From NCBI GenBank assembly GCA_041690595.1, contig JAWLHB010000002.1:248001-312000 (forward strand): a stretch of DNA of 64,000 bases. Direction: 5' to 3'. Source of the stretch: Lentisphaeria bacterium. Lineage in GTDB: Bacteria; Verrucomicrobiota; Lentisphaeria; JABSQK01; JAWLHB01. The translations under genes were made by a program, and so were the position numbers. The notes under the pieces are model-generated. The model ran no database searches. It was not told the origin of the DNA and saw only the letters and a list, made by a program, of their open reading frames with translations. This document shows positions 20,889-30,829 of the stretch, one piece after another. Every line of letters starts with the position of its first letter. The stretch's first letter is position 1.

Positions 20889-21424
20889 TCCTCACTTTCT
20901 TCGGGATTCGCCGGCCTCTTGACCAGCTGAATTCCGCGTTCTTCTGCTTCCATGTACGGACGGCACAACAAGCGTGCCTCGCGCTCAAACTCAACGGCTT
21001 CCCCGGCACTTCGATAGACGCGAAGGCAGCAGTGTGGTTCCGTTCGTGAATGAATATCATGCGCCGCATGCAGCCCCACCTCTTCCATGAGTGGCTGGAC
21101 CCACCCCATGCAGTGATCGCAGTACCGATCACATGCCGTCGCGTCGTTATCCTGCGCCTTCGAAAGGCTGGGGCAGCGGTGCATCTGAAACTCGAAATAA
21201 TCCTCCGTCAAAGTCAGGGTGCCCAGGCAGTTCTCCTCCTGCCGTATCCGCTCCCAATAGTCGTAGACAGCCTGTAGCCCTCCGGCGCGGAAGCGCTCTG
21301 CCAACGCCGTGATCTGCAGTCGTCCAAGCTCCTGCCAGTAGGCGACCAGATGCTCCTCCCCCATCTCCTGCAGCACCTTGAAGACCTCGTTGTAGTAGCG
21401 CACAAAATGGTCACTCGGAATCAT
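20885..21424 (-). CDS. Small Cys-rich protein, V4R/ATC-hydrolase-like fold
   Basis: HRCPS...YCDHCMGW...CC pattern; overlaps both neighbours. Confidence 0.7.
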   Translation of the reverse strand: MIPSDHFVRYYNEVFKVLQEMGEEHLVAYWQELGRLQITALAERFRAGGLQAVYDYWERIRQEENCLGTLTLTEDYFEFQMHRCPSLSKAQDNDATACDRYCDHCMGWVQPLMEEVGLHAAHDIHSRTEPHCCLRVYRSAGEAVEFEREARLLCRPYMEAEERGIQLVKRPANPEESEE

Positions 21425-21887
21425 GGCGCCTCCGGATCGTCTGCACGCAACGCCCATTGCCGAGCACCTCCGTCGTGATCTCAAAGGGTGTCTCTTCTGC
21501 CAAGGCGGCGTTGACCACAATCGTCTGGCGGCAAAAATCGGGATCGATCGCAATGCCCTCCCGCTGAAGGTAGGCAATCGCCGGGCAACGGCTCACCGTC
21601 AGGCGGATCTCATCCCCATCCTCCGTGATCTCGAACTCCCCTCCCTCCCGCCCGAAGAAATACCTCCAGTGCTCCACCAGCTGGCGAGTATCCCCCGCCT
21701 TCAGTTCGTCCCAGATGGCGCGATAAACATCATGCGCCGTCCGGCGAAAGCCCGCATCCAGCACCTCTCGTCCGAAGTTCTTCCTCAGATAACCGATCGT
21801 GCCATTGATCGTGCGATGAAAATCCATGTGCAGCTTGCCCGTTTCGCGGTAGCGAAGGCGCGTCGGCGTGTCAGTCGGATCATTCAT
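21411..21887 (-). CDS. Small Cys-containing protein, V4R/ATC-hydrolase-like fold
   Basis: RCPA...FCRQT...GRC pattern; overlaps both neighbours. Confidence 0.7.
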   Translation of the reverse strand: MNDPTDTPTRLRYRETGKLHMDFHRTINGTIGYLRKNFGREVLDAGFRRTAHDVYRAIWDELKAGDTRQLVEHWRYFFGREGGEFEITEDGDEIRLTVSRCPAIAYLQREGIAIDPDFCRQTIVVNAALAEETPFEITTEVLGNGRCVQTIRRRHDSE

Positions 21888-22458
21888 TTCCGCTCATCCT
21901 CTCGATTTGAGCCACAGCCTTGCAGGCTTCTGTTCGCGTGCAGAACTCGTCATCCTCGCAAGCCTGCTGAAGAAACGACAGACTGCCGCGGTCCCCCAAC
22001 TCACCCAGCGCTTTGGCGCAGGCTGCGCGTACCATGTAATCCTGCTTCATATCGAGCAGATCGCGATGCAGCCGCGAGAGCACTTCGGGCCTTCTGATGC
22101 CCAATTCTCCAAGCGCCAGAATTGCCGCCTGCTTCACCCGCCCCCGTCGTTGCCACGCCGCCTTCTCCTCATCCGTCACCTGCCCGTCGAACTCCAGATC
22201 ACTGCCGAAAATACTTGCGGCATCGCTGCTCACCGCACTCATGCGAGGCTCCGAATAAAGGGGCTGGAGATCCTCCCGATCGATCAGGGCGACCAGAGGT
22301 AGCGCCAGCCCTTCGTCGCCGCACTCCCCAGCCGCCACCGCGGCCGTAAAACGTATCCGCCAGTCGCGGTCCGCCAGCGCTTCCTCAAGTTGCGCGCAAT
22401 TACCGGCCCGGCCGGCCGCCATAACCGCTTCCATGCGCTCGAAATGATTGTCATGCAT
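21880..22458 (-). CDS. HEAT-repeat (PBS lyase-like) protein
   Basis: DRDWRIRFTAAVAAGE, VKQAAILALGELG, VRAACAKALGELG. Confidence 0.85.
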   Translation of the reverse strand: MHDNHFERMEAVMAAGRAGNCAQLEEALADRDWRIRFTAAVAAGECGDEGLALPLVALIDREDLQPLYSEPRMSAVSSDAASIFGSDLEFDGQVTDEEKAAWQRRGRVKQAAILALGELGIRRPEVLSRLHRDLLDMKQDYMVRAACAKALGELGDRGSLSFLQQACEDDEFCTRTEACKAVAQIERMSGNE

Positions 22459-24712
22459 GCTCCACCTCCTCGGGCAGCAGGGTATGCTCCACTCGGTAGT
22501 CGCGCCCGTCCGCCGTCACAGTGATCACGCCATCCGCATAATCCGCCGTCTCGAAGCCGCCGCCCCCGCAGGCAGCCAGCAGCGCCGGCCTGCCGCTGAA
22601 GCCGGCCATGGTGTGGCTGTTGTCCAGCCGGTGATTGTTCGCAACGGTTGTGCGAACCACAAGCTCCACCTGCTTTCCGCCCCACCTGCTCACCTCCACA
22701 TGCGGCCCGATCAGCCGCATCGTCGGCACATGCTCCTCCAGCGTCTGCTCCTCTCCATCCACCCACAAGGTCGCGTCGCTCAGATCCGCCGGCAGGCGTA
22801 CCCAGATCTCCGTATCCGCCGGCAGATCGACGCAACGACTGTACCACCAGGTGCGCGCCACCGGCGCCTCCCCAACCAGCAGGGCCGGCTCCGTGAAAGG
22901 CAGCGTCAAAGCCGATCGCGCCAATGCCTCCCGAGCCGACGAAAAATCCAGCTCGCCCGTGTCATCCGGCACGGCTCGCCAACCTTCACACAGATCCTCG
23001 ATCTCTTCGCGTCCCTGGTGCGGCCACGCTATCCAGAGCCAGCGACACACGCTGCCGCGCTGATGAAAGTCCACGCGCAACGACCTGCCATCGAGCTTGT
23101 CCGGATAACCAGCCACGCTCTCCCACTCCTTCTCGTCTGGCCCAAGCACCGGCACCAGATGCAGCCGAACCCCTTCAGCGTTCTCGGTACAGACTCCTCT
23201 CTCGCTGCCCACCAGCCCTTCGCGCAGATACCAGCGCGCGGTTGCCTGATGAACATCGCCGCACACGATCAGATCTTCGATCACCCAGAAGCGGTCATGG
23301 CACAACCGCGACCGCCGCACCACCCGCCGCACATCCGGCCACCGTTCGCGATAGATCGGCGTCACATCCGCGGTCACACTCTGCTCCTCCTCCGAATACG
23401 CCAGCAGCTCTGCCTGCCGGTACTCGCTACCGCACCGCATGCCTTCCCAGCCATCCAGCAGGATGATGCCATGCGCACCACCGCAGCCAGAGCCGAAATT
23501 GCCCCGCTTCTCCGCGAAGTCCGCGTTGCGGATTATGCGCCAGGTATCGTCATAATCAAAGACCGTGCAAAGCTGGTGGATCGGAATACCGTCCAGCGTC
23601 AGCGGTACACCATAGGCTGCCAGAATCAACGCATTGGGATTGACATGCTGCCGCGTCGGCATCTTCGGCTCCGACCGGTCCCACATCTGCAGGAGGTAGA
23701 GCTTCTCATCCGCGCTCACCAGGGCAGCCCCCTCCTCCGGCTCCGCCCAGCCCCGAAACGCCCTGCCGCTGCTACCCGGCTCCTCGTTTGGCCACCAGAC
23801 GAGCGACCAGACCAGATCGTCCAATCCCCACCCGGCGGACTCCTCATGGCTCCAGTCCACCTGCCGCAGAAGGTCCAGATACCAACCGTCGCCGCTCTTC
23901 TGTGCCGCATAGGCCAGGCACGCACGCGTACCCGTGATATAGCCGTAATGATCCCACGGCAGCATATAGCCCCCCGGCATGAACAGCCGACCCGTCATCC
24001 GGCAGATCGCTTCCGCGCTCCCACCTTCCGGAGGCAACTGGCGCGAGAACCACTCTTCCCCATGATGCTGATTGAGCAGCTCCACCACAAAGGGCAGACA
24101 CGGCGCCACCACATGGCTCATGTACGTGCTCCCTTCGCCGCTGTAGCCGCTCGACCGCAGACCGCCTATCGTATCCGGCAAGCGGCGCAGACCGTCTACC
24201 TTCATCCGTGCCGCCAGCTCCCCCTCGAAAATCGTCCCAAGAAGGGCATTGCTGAGCGCCAGGGACATCGTCTGATTGTCCGCGCATTCCGGCTCCGGCT
24301 TCGTCCGCAGACCATAGAAGAAGTTGAGAAACTGGTAATCCAGAAGGCGCTGCCGCAGGGCCTTGGCCTCCTCATCCTCCCACGCGCCCAGTGCCTGCAA
24401 CCACTGAAAATAAACCGCCCAGCGAGCATGCGGGAAGGACATGCACCAGAAATGAAACTGCAGCCCCGAAGAATATTGCCGGGAATCCAGCGCCGCCACA
24501 TACCAGCGCAGCACCTCCTTGGCTGCCTGGATCGCGCCACTATCCTCAGTCACCAGCGCGACAAAGGGCACATGCCAGTAATAGTCGAAAGGCTTGGCCG
24601 CCACCGCCTTCCGCATCGCCCGCCACACACGCCCGATTCGACTATGCTCACCCTCGGCACGCTCCAGCTTTTCGCGAAGCGCTGCCAGATCGGCAATATA
24701 AAGTGGGGTCAC
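22451..24712 (-). CDS. Heparinase II/III-like polysaccharide lyase-fold protein
   Basis: EGSTY, HVNPNALILAAYG..LTLDG, AHGIILLDG, RR..L....WVIEDL; GTG start with AGGAGA RBS. Confidence 0.7.
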   Translation of the reverse strand: MTPLYIADLAALREKLERAEGEHSRIGRVWRAMRKAVAAKPFDYYWHVPFVALVTEDSGAIQAAKEVLRWYVAALDSRQYSSGLQFHFWCMSFPHARWAVYFQWLQALGAWEDEEAKALRQRLLDYQFLNFFYGLRTKPEPECADNQTMSLALSNALLGTIFEGELAARMKVDGLRRLPDTIGGLRSSGYSGEGSTYMSHVVAPCLPFVVELLNQHHGEEWFSRQLPPEGGSAEAICRMTGRLFMPGGYMLPWDHYGYITGTRACLAYAAQKSGDGWYLDLLRQVDWSHEESAGWGLDDLVWSLVWWPNEEPGSSGRAFRGWAEPEEGAALVSADEKLYLLQMWDRSEPKMPTRQHVNPNALILAAYGVPLTLDGIPIHQLCTVFDYDDTWRIIRNADFAEKRGNFGSGCGGAHGIILLDGWEGMRCGSEYRQAELLAYSEEEQSVTADVTPIYRERWPDVRRVVRRSRLCHDRFWVIEDLIVCGDVHQATARWYLREGLVGSERGVCTENAEGVRLHLVPVLGPDEKEWESVAGYPDKLDGRSLRVDFHQRGSVCRWLWIAWPHQGREEIEDLCEGWRAVPDDTGELDFSSAREALARSALTLPFTEPALLVGEAPVARTWWYSRCVDLPADTEIWVRLPADLSDATLWVDGEEQTLEEHVPTMRLIGPHVEVSRWGGKQVELVVRTTVANNHRLDNSHTMAGFSGRPALLAACGGGGFETADYADGVITVTADGRDYRVEHTLLPEEVEHA

Positions 24713-24806
24713 GCCTGTATCTCCTGATTAGCCCGCCATGATGATGCAACAGTATACCGGACGCATTCCCTGCGCAAGCCTCGGCTTCCGAAAGTGAAGC
24801 TCGTTA

Positions 24807-25465
24807 CCTCCAACGCCTAAAACCTCGGTCCAATCCTCGGTTGCCTCACCAAGGGGACAGGTACTTTCCGCTTTGCATCCAACGCCGAAAACCTCGGTCC
24901 AAACCTCGGTTGCCTCGCCAAGGGGACAGGTACTTTCCGCCCTGCATCCAACGCCGAAAACCTCGGTCCAATCCTCGGTTGCCTCGCCAAGGGGACAGGT
25001 ACTTTCCGCCTGCCTCCAACCCCAAAAACCTCGGTCCAATCCTCGGTGCATGCACGCCTCCTGGGGCAGGCACCAAGGGGACAGGCAGGCACCAAGGGGA
25101 CAGGTACTTTCCGCCCTGCCTCCAACCCCGAAAACCTCGGTCCAAACCTCGGTGCATGCACGCCTCCTGGGGTGTGCCCGTGTTGCTGCGTCCACTGCGT
25201 CCACTGCGTCCACTGCGTCCACTGCGTCCACTGCGTCCATTTCCGCCCTGCCTCCAACCCCAAAAATCTCGGTCCAATCCTCGGTGCACAGAGCCTCCCA
25301 AGGTGCCCGTCCGTGTTCACTTCGTCCACTGCGTCCTTTTCCGCCCTGTCGCCAACGCCAAAAACCTCGGTCCAATCCTCGGTGCATGCAGCCTCCAATG
25401 CTGTCCGTCTCTGCGTCCACTGCGTCCATATCCGCCCTGCTTCCAACGCCAAAAACCTCGGTCCA
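24807..25465. repeat. Composite tandem repeat array, 8 copies of a ~46 bp core
   Basis: CCTCGGTCCA anchor at 24823, 24892, 24961, 25029, 25135, 25267 (variant), 25365, 25456. Confidence 0.95.
25186..25239. repeat. 9-bp tandem repeat (CTGCGTCCA)x6
   Basis: Six perfect copies read directly. Confidence 0.95.
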
Positions 25466-25628
25466 TACACCCACCCATATAACCCCTAACCAGCCAGCTG
25501 AAATATACCACGCATAACTCCTAAGTCAAGCTCCGTCGACAAATTCTCCGTCCCCCGAACTCTCCCTCGCGCGGCTTCTCTGCTCCGTCAAGGTGGCAAA
25601 AGCGCCATCTGGCACGTATCTTCGCTTC

Positions 25629-26135
25629 ATGAAAATTGGCATTCTGAGCGATACCCATGGCAACGTGCCTCGTACCCATCTCGCCATCGAGCGGCTGAAC
25701 CGAGGCGAGGTGGAAGCCATCATCCATTGCGGCGACATCGGCACCCCCGCTGTCCTCATCGAGCTGTCACTGGCCTTCGAACCCCGCCAGACGCCGATTT
25801 ATGCCGTCACCGGCAATGTCGACCAGTTCAACACCGAGATCTACCCGTGGCATGGCGGCGGCGGCATCGAGATGATGGGCGCTTTCGGCTCGCTGGAATT
25901 GGATGGAAAGCGTCTGGCCGTTGCGCATGGGCATGATTATCAGGCTCTCCAGCGAGCCATCGAGGGCGGCGACTACGACTACGTCTTCACCGGCCATACC
26001 CACGTTGCCGAAGATCACCGGGTGCGAAAAACCAGAGTTATCAATCCAGGCGCGGTCCATCGCGCCAGCATCCCCTCCGTGGCCATCCTCGACCTCAACA
26101 ATGACGACTTACGATACTACGACCTCCTATCATGA
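25629..26135 (+). CDS. YfcE/MJ0936-family metallophosphoesterase
   Basis: SDTHGN, HCGD, GNVD, HGH, GHTH, INPG. Confidence 0.93.
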   Translation: MKIGILSDTHGNVPRTHLAIERLNRGEVEAIIHCGDIGTPAVLIELSLAFEPRQTPIYAVTGNVDQFNTEIYPWHGGGGIEMMGAFGSLELDGKRLAVAHGHDYQALQRAIEGGDYDYVFTGHTHVAEDHRVRKTRVINPGAVHRASIPSVAILDLNNDDLRYYDLLS

Positions 26136-27376
26136 CCTCCGATTCGCCCCCGTCCGCTTCCCAGGCCCCATGTCCCCATTTCGGTGACTGCGGCGGCTGT
26201 CGGCATCAGGACCTTCCCTATGCCGAACAACTCCTCCAGAAGGCAACGGCCCTGAAGCAGCTCCTCGGCTCGTACTGGCCGGCCCCCATCCAGGTAGTCC
26301 CCTCCCCCGACATCTGGCACTACCGCAACAAGGTCGAGTTCAACTTCGATCTCAAGATGTACGATCAGCCCCCACCGCGTGACTTCCAGCGCGAAAACGT
26401 CATCGGCTTCAAGCGGCAGGGCAAATGGTTCTGGACCTTGGACCTCGAGACCTGCCTCATTGCCCCGCCAGGCTGCGCCGAGCTGCTTCAGAGCATCCGC
26501 CTGTGGATGACCGAACAGGGCCTTCGAGCACAGCACAAGCAGCAATCCGGCGGTTGCCTGCGTCACCTTATCGTCCGCGCTACCGCCCGCACCAATGAAC
26601 GCATGGTCGTCCTCATCACCTCCTCCGAACAGCCGATCGACGGCGAGTCCTTCGTCGCCGCCGTCCGGCGCGCCTACCCGGCGGACAGCATCTACCATGG
26701 CATCTACAACGGCCGCGCCGATGCTGCCTATGCCGACGAACTGCACCACCTCTACGGCAACACCTGCATCACCGAGCGCCTCCTCATCCCCGCCGGCGAC
26801 ACAACAACGCGCTCCCTCGAATTCATCATCTCTCCCTTTGCATTCTTTCAGGTCAACCCGCCCGCCACCGAGCTGCTCTACGGCCAACTCCGCCAGTGGA
26901 TCGCCCAACTGGCCCCAGCGCAACTTCTGGATCTCTATGGCGGCTCCGGCGCCATTGCCTTCACCGTCGCCGACTTGGTTCCCACCATCGTCTCCGTCGA
27001 GGAGGTAGAGGCCGCCACTCGCGATGGCATGATCAATGCGCTCCTGAACGATATTCCGAATGTCGAGTTCAAAACTGCCGACGTGCGGCGCTATCTGGAA
27101 GCTTTCCGGGAAGGTCGTCAACCATGGCCGGACGATGCCACGGTTGTCGTCGATCCACCGCGCGCGGGACTCCATCCAAAAGTGATCAGCCATCTCCTCA
27201 CCCTTCTCCCGCAACACCTGATCTACGTCTCATGCAATCCCAAGCTGTTGGCGCGGGAACTCCCGCGAATCGCCGCCTTCTACGACATCGCCGATTTGCG
27301 GGCCTTTGACCTCTTTCCACACACACCCCATGTCGAATGCGCTCTCCGTCTCGTTCGCAAGACGGAGAGCATCTGA
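26132..27376 (+). CDS. rlmD: 23S rRNA (uracil-C5)-methyltransferase, RlmD/TrmA family
   Basis: CPHFGDCGGC Fe-S motif, YRNK, FFQVN, DPPRAG, YVSCNP, DLFPHTPHVE. Confidence 0.9.
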   Translation: MTSDSPPSASQAPCPHFGDCGGCRHQDLPYAEQLLQKATALKQLLGSYWPAPIQVVPSPDIWHYRNKVEFNFDLKMYDQPPPRDFQRENVIGFKRQGKWFWTLDLETCLIAPPGCAELLQSIRLWMTEQGLRAQHKQQSGGCLRHLIVRATARTNERMVVLITSSEQPIDGESFVAAVRRAYPADSIYHGIYNGRADAAYADELHHLYGNTCITERLLIPAGDTTTRSLEFIISPFAFFQVNPPATELLYGQLRQWIAQLAPAQLLDLYGGSGAIAFTVADLVPTIVSVEEVEAATRDGMINALLNDIPNVEFKTADVRRYLEAFREGRQPWPDDATVVVDPPRAGLHPKVISHLLTLLPQHLIYVSCNPKLLARELPRIAAFYDIADLRAFDLFPHTPHVECALRLVRKTESI

Positions 27377-27395
27377 ACCCCAGGCAGGAATCTTC

Positions 27396-29930
27396 ATGCA
27401 GGTTATATCGCTTGCTGGACAATGGGATCTGATTGAACGGCCTCTCTCACTGACGCCCGATTCCTGGCAGGATGTTGCGGCGGCGGAGACCACCCTCACC
27501 GTGCAGGTCCCAGGTGACGTCACCGACGCACTCGTGCGCGCCGGACGCCTCGCCGAACCCTTGGAAGGACTGAACTTCGCGGATGCCCGCTGGGTCGAAG
27601 AGCGCTCGTGGTGGCTGCGCCGGCGCGTTACCCTGCCCAATGATCTGCTGACCGCACATGCCTGGGAGCTGCTCCTCGACGGATTGGATGTGCATGCCGA
27701 TGTCTGGTTCGACGGGATCTCCCTGGGCCATCATCGCTCCACTTTCTATCCCTTCTCCCGCGATGTCACGCCCCACCTCCATGGCAACGCCGAACACACC
27801 ATCCTCGTCCGCCTTACCACCGGCATGGAACATGTGCCACTCGATCATGGTTTCGCCCTCACCAGCATCGTGCCGACAGAGGCCGGTCGCGGCTATCCCG
27901 AGCGAGGAGACCAGCGCCGCATCTTCCTCCGCAAACCGGCGTATACATGGGGCTGGGACTGGGGGCCACACCTCGCCACCTGCGGCATCACCATGGGCGC
28001 CGAGCTTCGCGCCAGACAAGTAGCCGAGATTAAGAGAGTACAGCTACGTACCTCCCTCCACGACCACACCGCATCCGTTCACGCCGCGGTCGAAATCGAC
28101 TACGATACCCTCATCGCCTCCACCCGCGCCGATGTCACCGTTACCCTCACCGATGCCGACGGCACATCCTTCGCCGCCAGCGTGGCCGATCGTTTCATCG
28201 CCAGCGGCTACAACGTTATCGACCTCCGCCTCGAGATCCCGAACGCTCGGCTCTGGTGGCCCAACGGCCACGGCGAGCAGCACCTTTACCAAGTCACCGT
28301 ATGCGCCAACCTGGATGGCACAACCATCCGTCACCTCGAGCGCCCCTGTGGACTGCGGACCATCTCCCTCGATACCGCGCCCGATCGCTTCGCCTTCATC
28401 GTCAATGGCATCCCGATCTTTGCCAAGGGCGGCAACTGGATACCTGCCGACTCCCTCTACGGCAGAGTCTCCCCCGAGAAGGTGACCCGACTCGTCGATG
28501 AAGCCGCGGAGGCCAACTTCAACATCCTCCGCATCTGGGGCGGAGGCCGCTACGAGCAGGACGCCTTCTACGATGCCTGCGACCGCCGCGGCATTCTCCT
28601 CTGGCACGACTTCATGTCTGCCTGCGCGCCGCTCCCCGCACACCTCGATTGGTTTCGTGACGAGTTCATGCACGAAGCCGAGTACCAGGTACGCCGCCTG
28701 CACAACCGCACCTGCATGGCCCTCTGGTGCGGCAACAACGAAGTCAGCCAGATCTATGCCTGGAACGCCTTCAGGATCGATCGGGATCCCGCCTGGATCC
28801 TCTACCATCAACTCCTCCCCCGCCTCATTCGCGAGGCAGCCCCGCATATCCCCTACTGGCCAACCTCACCCTATGGCGGCAAGGAAAATGTTCACGATCC
28901 CCGAGTCGGCGACGATCATCACTGGATCGTCATGCGCCCCCAGCCGGAATTCTGGTCCGCCCCCGAGTACTGGGACAACCCCTCCGTGCCCAACTTCAAC
29001 AGCGAATACGGTTATGGCGGCCCCTGCTGCCGCGCCTCGACGGAACGCTACCTGGGCACCGACCGCATCGACCTTGGCAGTGAACTCGTGCGCCAGCATA
29101 CCAATTCCTTCTACGATCGCCAGCGCGTCAACTTCAGTATCGACGAACACTATGTCGACCCGGCGCGGATCTCCGTCGATGAGTACATCCTCTACGGCGG
29201 CCTCTGCCAGGGGCTCAACCTCGGCTATTCCCTCGAGTCCCTGCGCGCCAACCGCCACAGCATGGGCGGCATCTTCTGGATGTACAACGACACATGGGGC
29301 GAAAACGGATGGACCATCATCGACTACTATCTCCGGCGCAAGATCTCCTGGTACAACGTCAAGCGCTGCCTCGCCCCCAGACGCCTCGTTCTGCGGCAGG
29401 GAGGAAAGACATTCGGCGGCGCTGACAACGAGATCGTCCTGATCGCCATTAACGACTCGCCAACCCCTCTCGACGCGGAGGTCGATCTCGGCTGGTTCTC
29501 CTGGGATGGCACCGCCCGCGACATGCACCGCGTGCACCTTCACGCACCACCACGCAGCCATGGAGTCGTGTCGACGGTACCACGTCCAGCCGCGGCGGAC
29601 CTCCAGCGCGGCACTGTTGGCGCGCTGCCGTCGGCCCCCAGTTCCCTCACCTCCGTCACCTGGTATCACAGTCGCTTTCGTCAGTCCGGCATTGCCCCCG
29701 CAATCCCCCGGATCCTTGACCAGGCCATCGATGGAAACGACCTCCTTGTCACCCTCACCGCCGAAACCTTCGCGCATGCCGTTCACCTGGATATTCCTGA
29801 CGATTTCCGGCTCGACGACCACTACTTCGACCTGCTTCCCGGCGAGCGCCGGCAACTCCGCATTATCGATGGCAAAGCCTTGAAAACCGACGGAATGGCT
29901 GTATATTCCCTGCCCGAAAAATCGTCCTGA
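27396..29930 (+). CDS. Beta-mannosidase, GH2
   Basis: GWDWGP, KGGNWIP, RIWGGGRYE, WHDFM, WCGNNE, SEYG, WMYND.W. Confidence 0.92.
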   Translation: MQVISLAGQWDLIERPLSLTPDSWQDVAAAETTLTVQVPGDVTDALVRAGRLAEPLEGLNFADARWVEERSWWLRRRVTLPNDLLTAHAWELLLDGLDVHADVWFDGISLGHHRSTFYPFSRDVTPHLHGNAEHTILVRLTTGMEHVPLDHGFALTSIVPTEAGRGYPERGDQRRIFLRKPAYTWGWDWGPHLATCGITMGAELRARQVAEIKRVQLRTSLHDHTASVHAAVEIDYDTLIASTRADVTVTLTDADGTSFAASVADRFIASGYNVIDLRLEIPNARLWWPNGHGEQHLYQVTVCANLDGTTIRHLERPCGLRTISLDTAPDRFAFIVNGIPIFAKGGNWIPADSLYGRVSPEKVTRLVDEAAEANFNILRIWGGGRYEQDAFYDACDRRGILLWHDFMSACAPLPAHLDWFRDEFMHEAEYQVRRLHNRTCMALWCGNNEVSQIYAWNAFRIDRDPAWILYHQLLPRLIREAAPHIPYWPTSPYGGKENVHDPRVGDDHHWIVMRPQPEFWSAPEYWDNPSVPNFNSEYGYGGPCCRASTERYLGTDRIDLGSELVRQHTNSFYDRQRVNFSIDEHYVDPARISVDEYILYGGLCQGLNLGYSLESLRANRHSMGGIFWMYNDTWGENGWTIIDYYLRRKISWYNVKRCLAPRRLVLRQGGKTFGGADNEIVLIAINDSPTPLDAEVDLGWFSWDGTARDMHRVHLHAPPRSHGVVSTVPRPAAADLQRGTVGALPSAPSSLTSVTWYHSRFRQSGIAPAIPRILDQAIDGNDLLVTLTAETFAHAVHLDIPDDFRLDDHYFDLLPGERRQLRIIDGKALKTDGMAVYSLPEKSS

Positions 29931-29965
29931 AAAAGGACAGAATCCTGCCAGAATACCAGCCCTCC

Positions 29966-30829
29966 ATGCCAGAAGAAAGTAAGCCAGCACTCTACGATAG
30001 CCACGTTCATACGCATTTCTGCAAACATGCGCTCGGTGGCATGGAAGAATATGTGGCACAGGCCATGCTCCGCAATCTGCGCGGTATTGTCTTCACCTGC
30101 CACAATCCCCTTCCCGCACCCATGCTGACCAATGCCAGAATGGAACAGCACCAGTTCAATGACTATCTGCGCTCCATCGAGTCACTCCGGTCACAATGGT
30201 CGTCCCTCCTCGATATCCGCCGCGGACTCGAGTGCGACTATCATCGCGATATCGTTCCATTTCTCGATGACCTCCTCACTCGCCAGCGCCTCGACTACAT
30301 CCTCGGCTCCGTCCATCCCCATCTCGCCATCCACGCCGACAGCTTCCAGGCCGAGGACTTCGAAGCCTTTGCCAGACGCTACTTCGACCTCATCGCCGAA
30401 GCAGCCGAAACCGGCCTCTTTGATGCCATCGCCCACTTCGACCTGCTCAAATGCCTCCAACCCGCCGAATGGAATGTCGTGAACCTGCGGGAAACTATTC
30501 ACGCCTGCCTCGATCGCATTGCGGCATGCGGAGTCGCTGTCGAACTCAACACCAGCGGCTACTATCGGCCGCGCTCCGAGATGCATCCCGGACCCGAGAT
30601 CCTGCGCGCCATGTTCGACCGCGGTATCCCGGTTGTGCTCGCATCCGACGCACATACACCCGAACGCGTCGGAGACCTCTTCCCCATGGCGCTCACTCTC
30701 CTCGCAGAGATTGGCTACAAGGAAATCAGCTACTTCGTCGGCAGAAGACGATGCACACTCTCCATCAAGACTGCCGCCGCGAGCCTTCACCACAGAGGCC
30801 GTGCCGCCACGCAAAATACAGGCCTATGA
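29966..30829 (+). CDS. Histidinol-phosphatase HisJ-family PHP protein
   Basis: DSHVHT..CKHA, GLECDY, GSVH, AHFDL, ELNTSG, SDAH. Confidence 0.88.
   Translation: MPEESKPALYDSHVHTHFCKHALGGMEEYVAQAMLRNLRGIVFTCHNPLPAPMLTNARMEQHQFNDYLRSIESLRSQWSSLLDIRRGLECDYHRDIVPFLDDLLTRQRLDYILGSVHPHLAIHADSFQAEDFEAFARRYFDLIAEAAETGLFDAIAHFDLLKCLQPAEWNVVNLRETIHACLDRIAACGVAVELNTSGYYRPRSEMHPGPEILRAMFDRGIPVVLASDAHTPERVGDLFPMALTLLAEIGYKEISYFVGRRRCTLSIKTAAASLHHRGRAATQNTGL

Noticed and set aside
22448..24727. Long antisense ORFs (759 aa here; also 5038..6843, 36259..38094, 44232..45881, 47002..48741, 54185..55750)
   Set aside because: Each mirrors a well-supported gene on the other strand and lacks motifs; typical of GC-rich codon usage.
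24807..25465. CRISPR array
   Set aside because: Linkers are near-identical or built from shared modules, vary widely in length, core copies are degenerate, and no cas genes are in the window.
24728..25517. Repeat-protein ORFs (TEDWTEVFG..., KVPVPL...) in several frames
   Set aside because: Unit spacings of 68, 106, 98 and 91 bp are not multiples of three and several frames on both strands are open; best explained as non-coding repeats.
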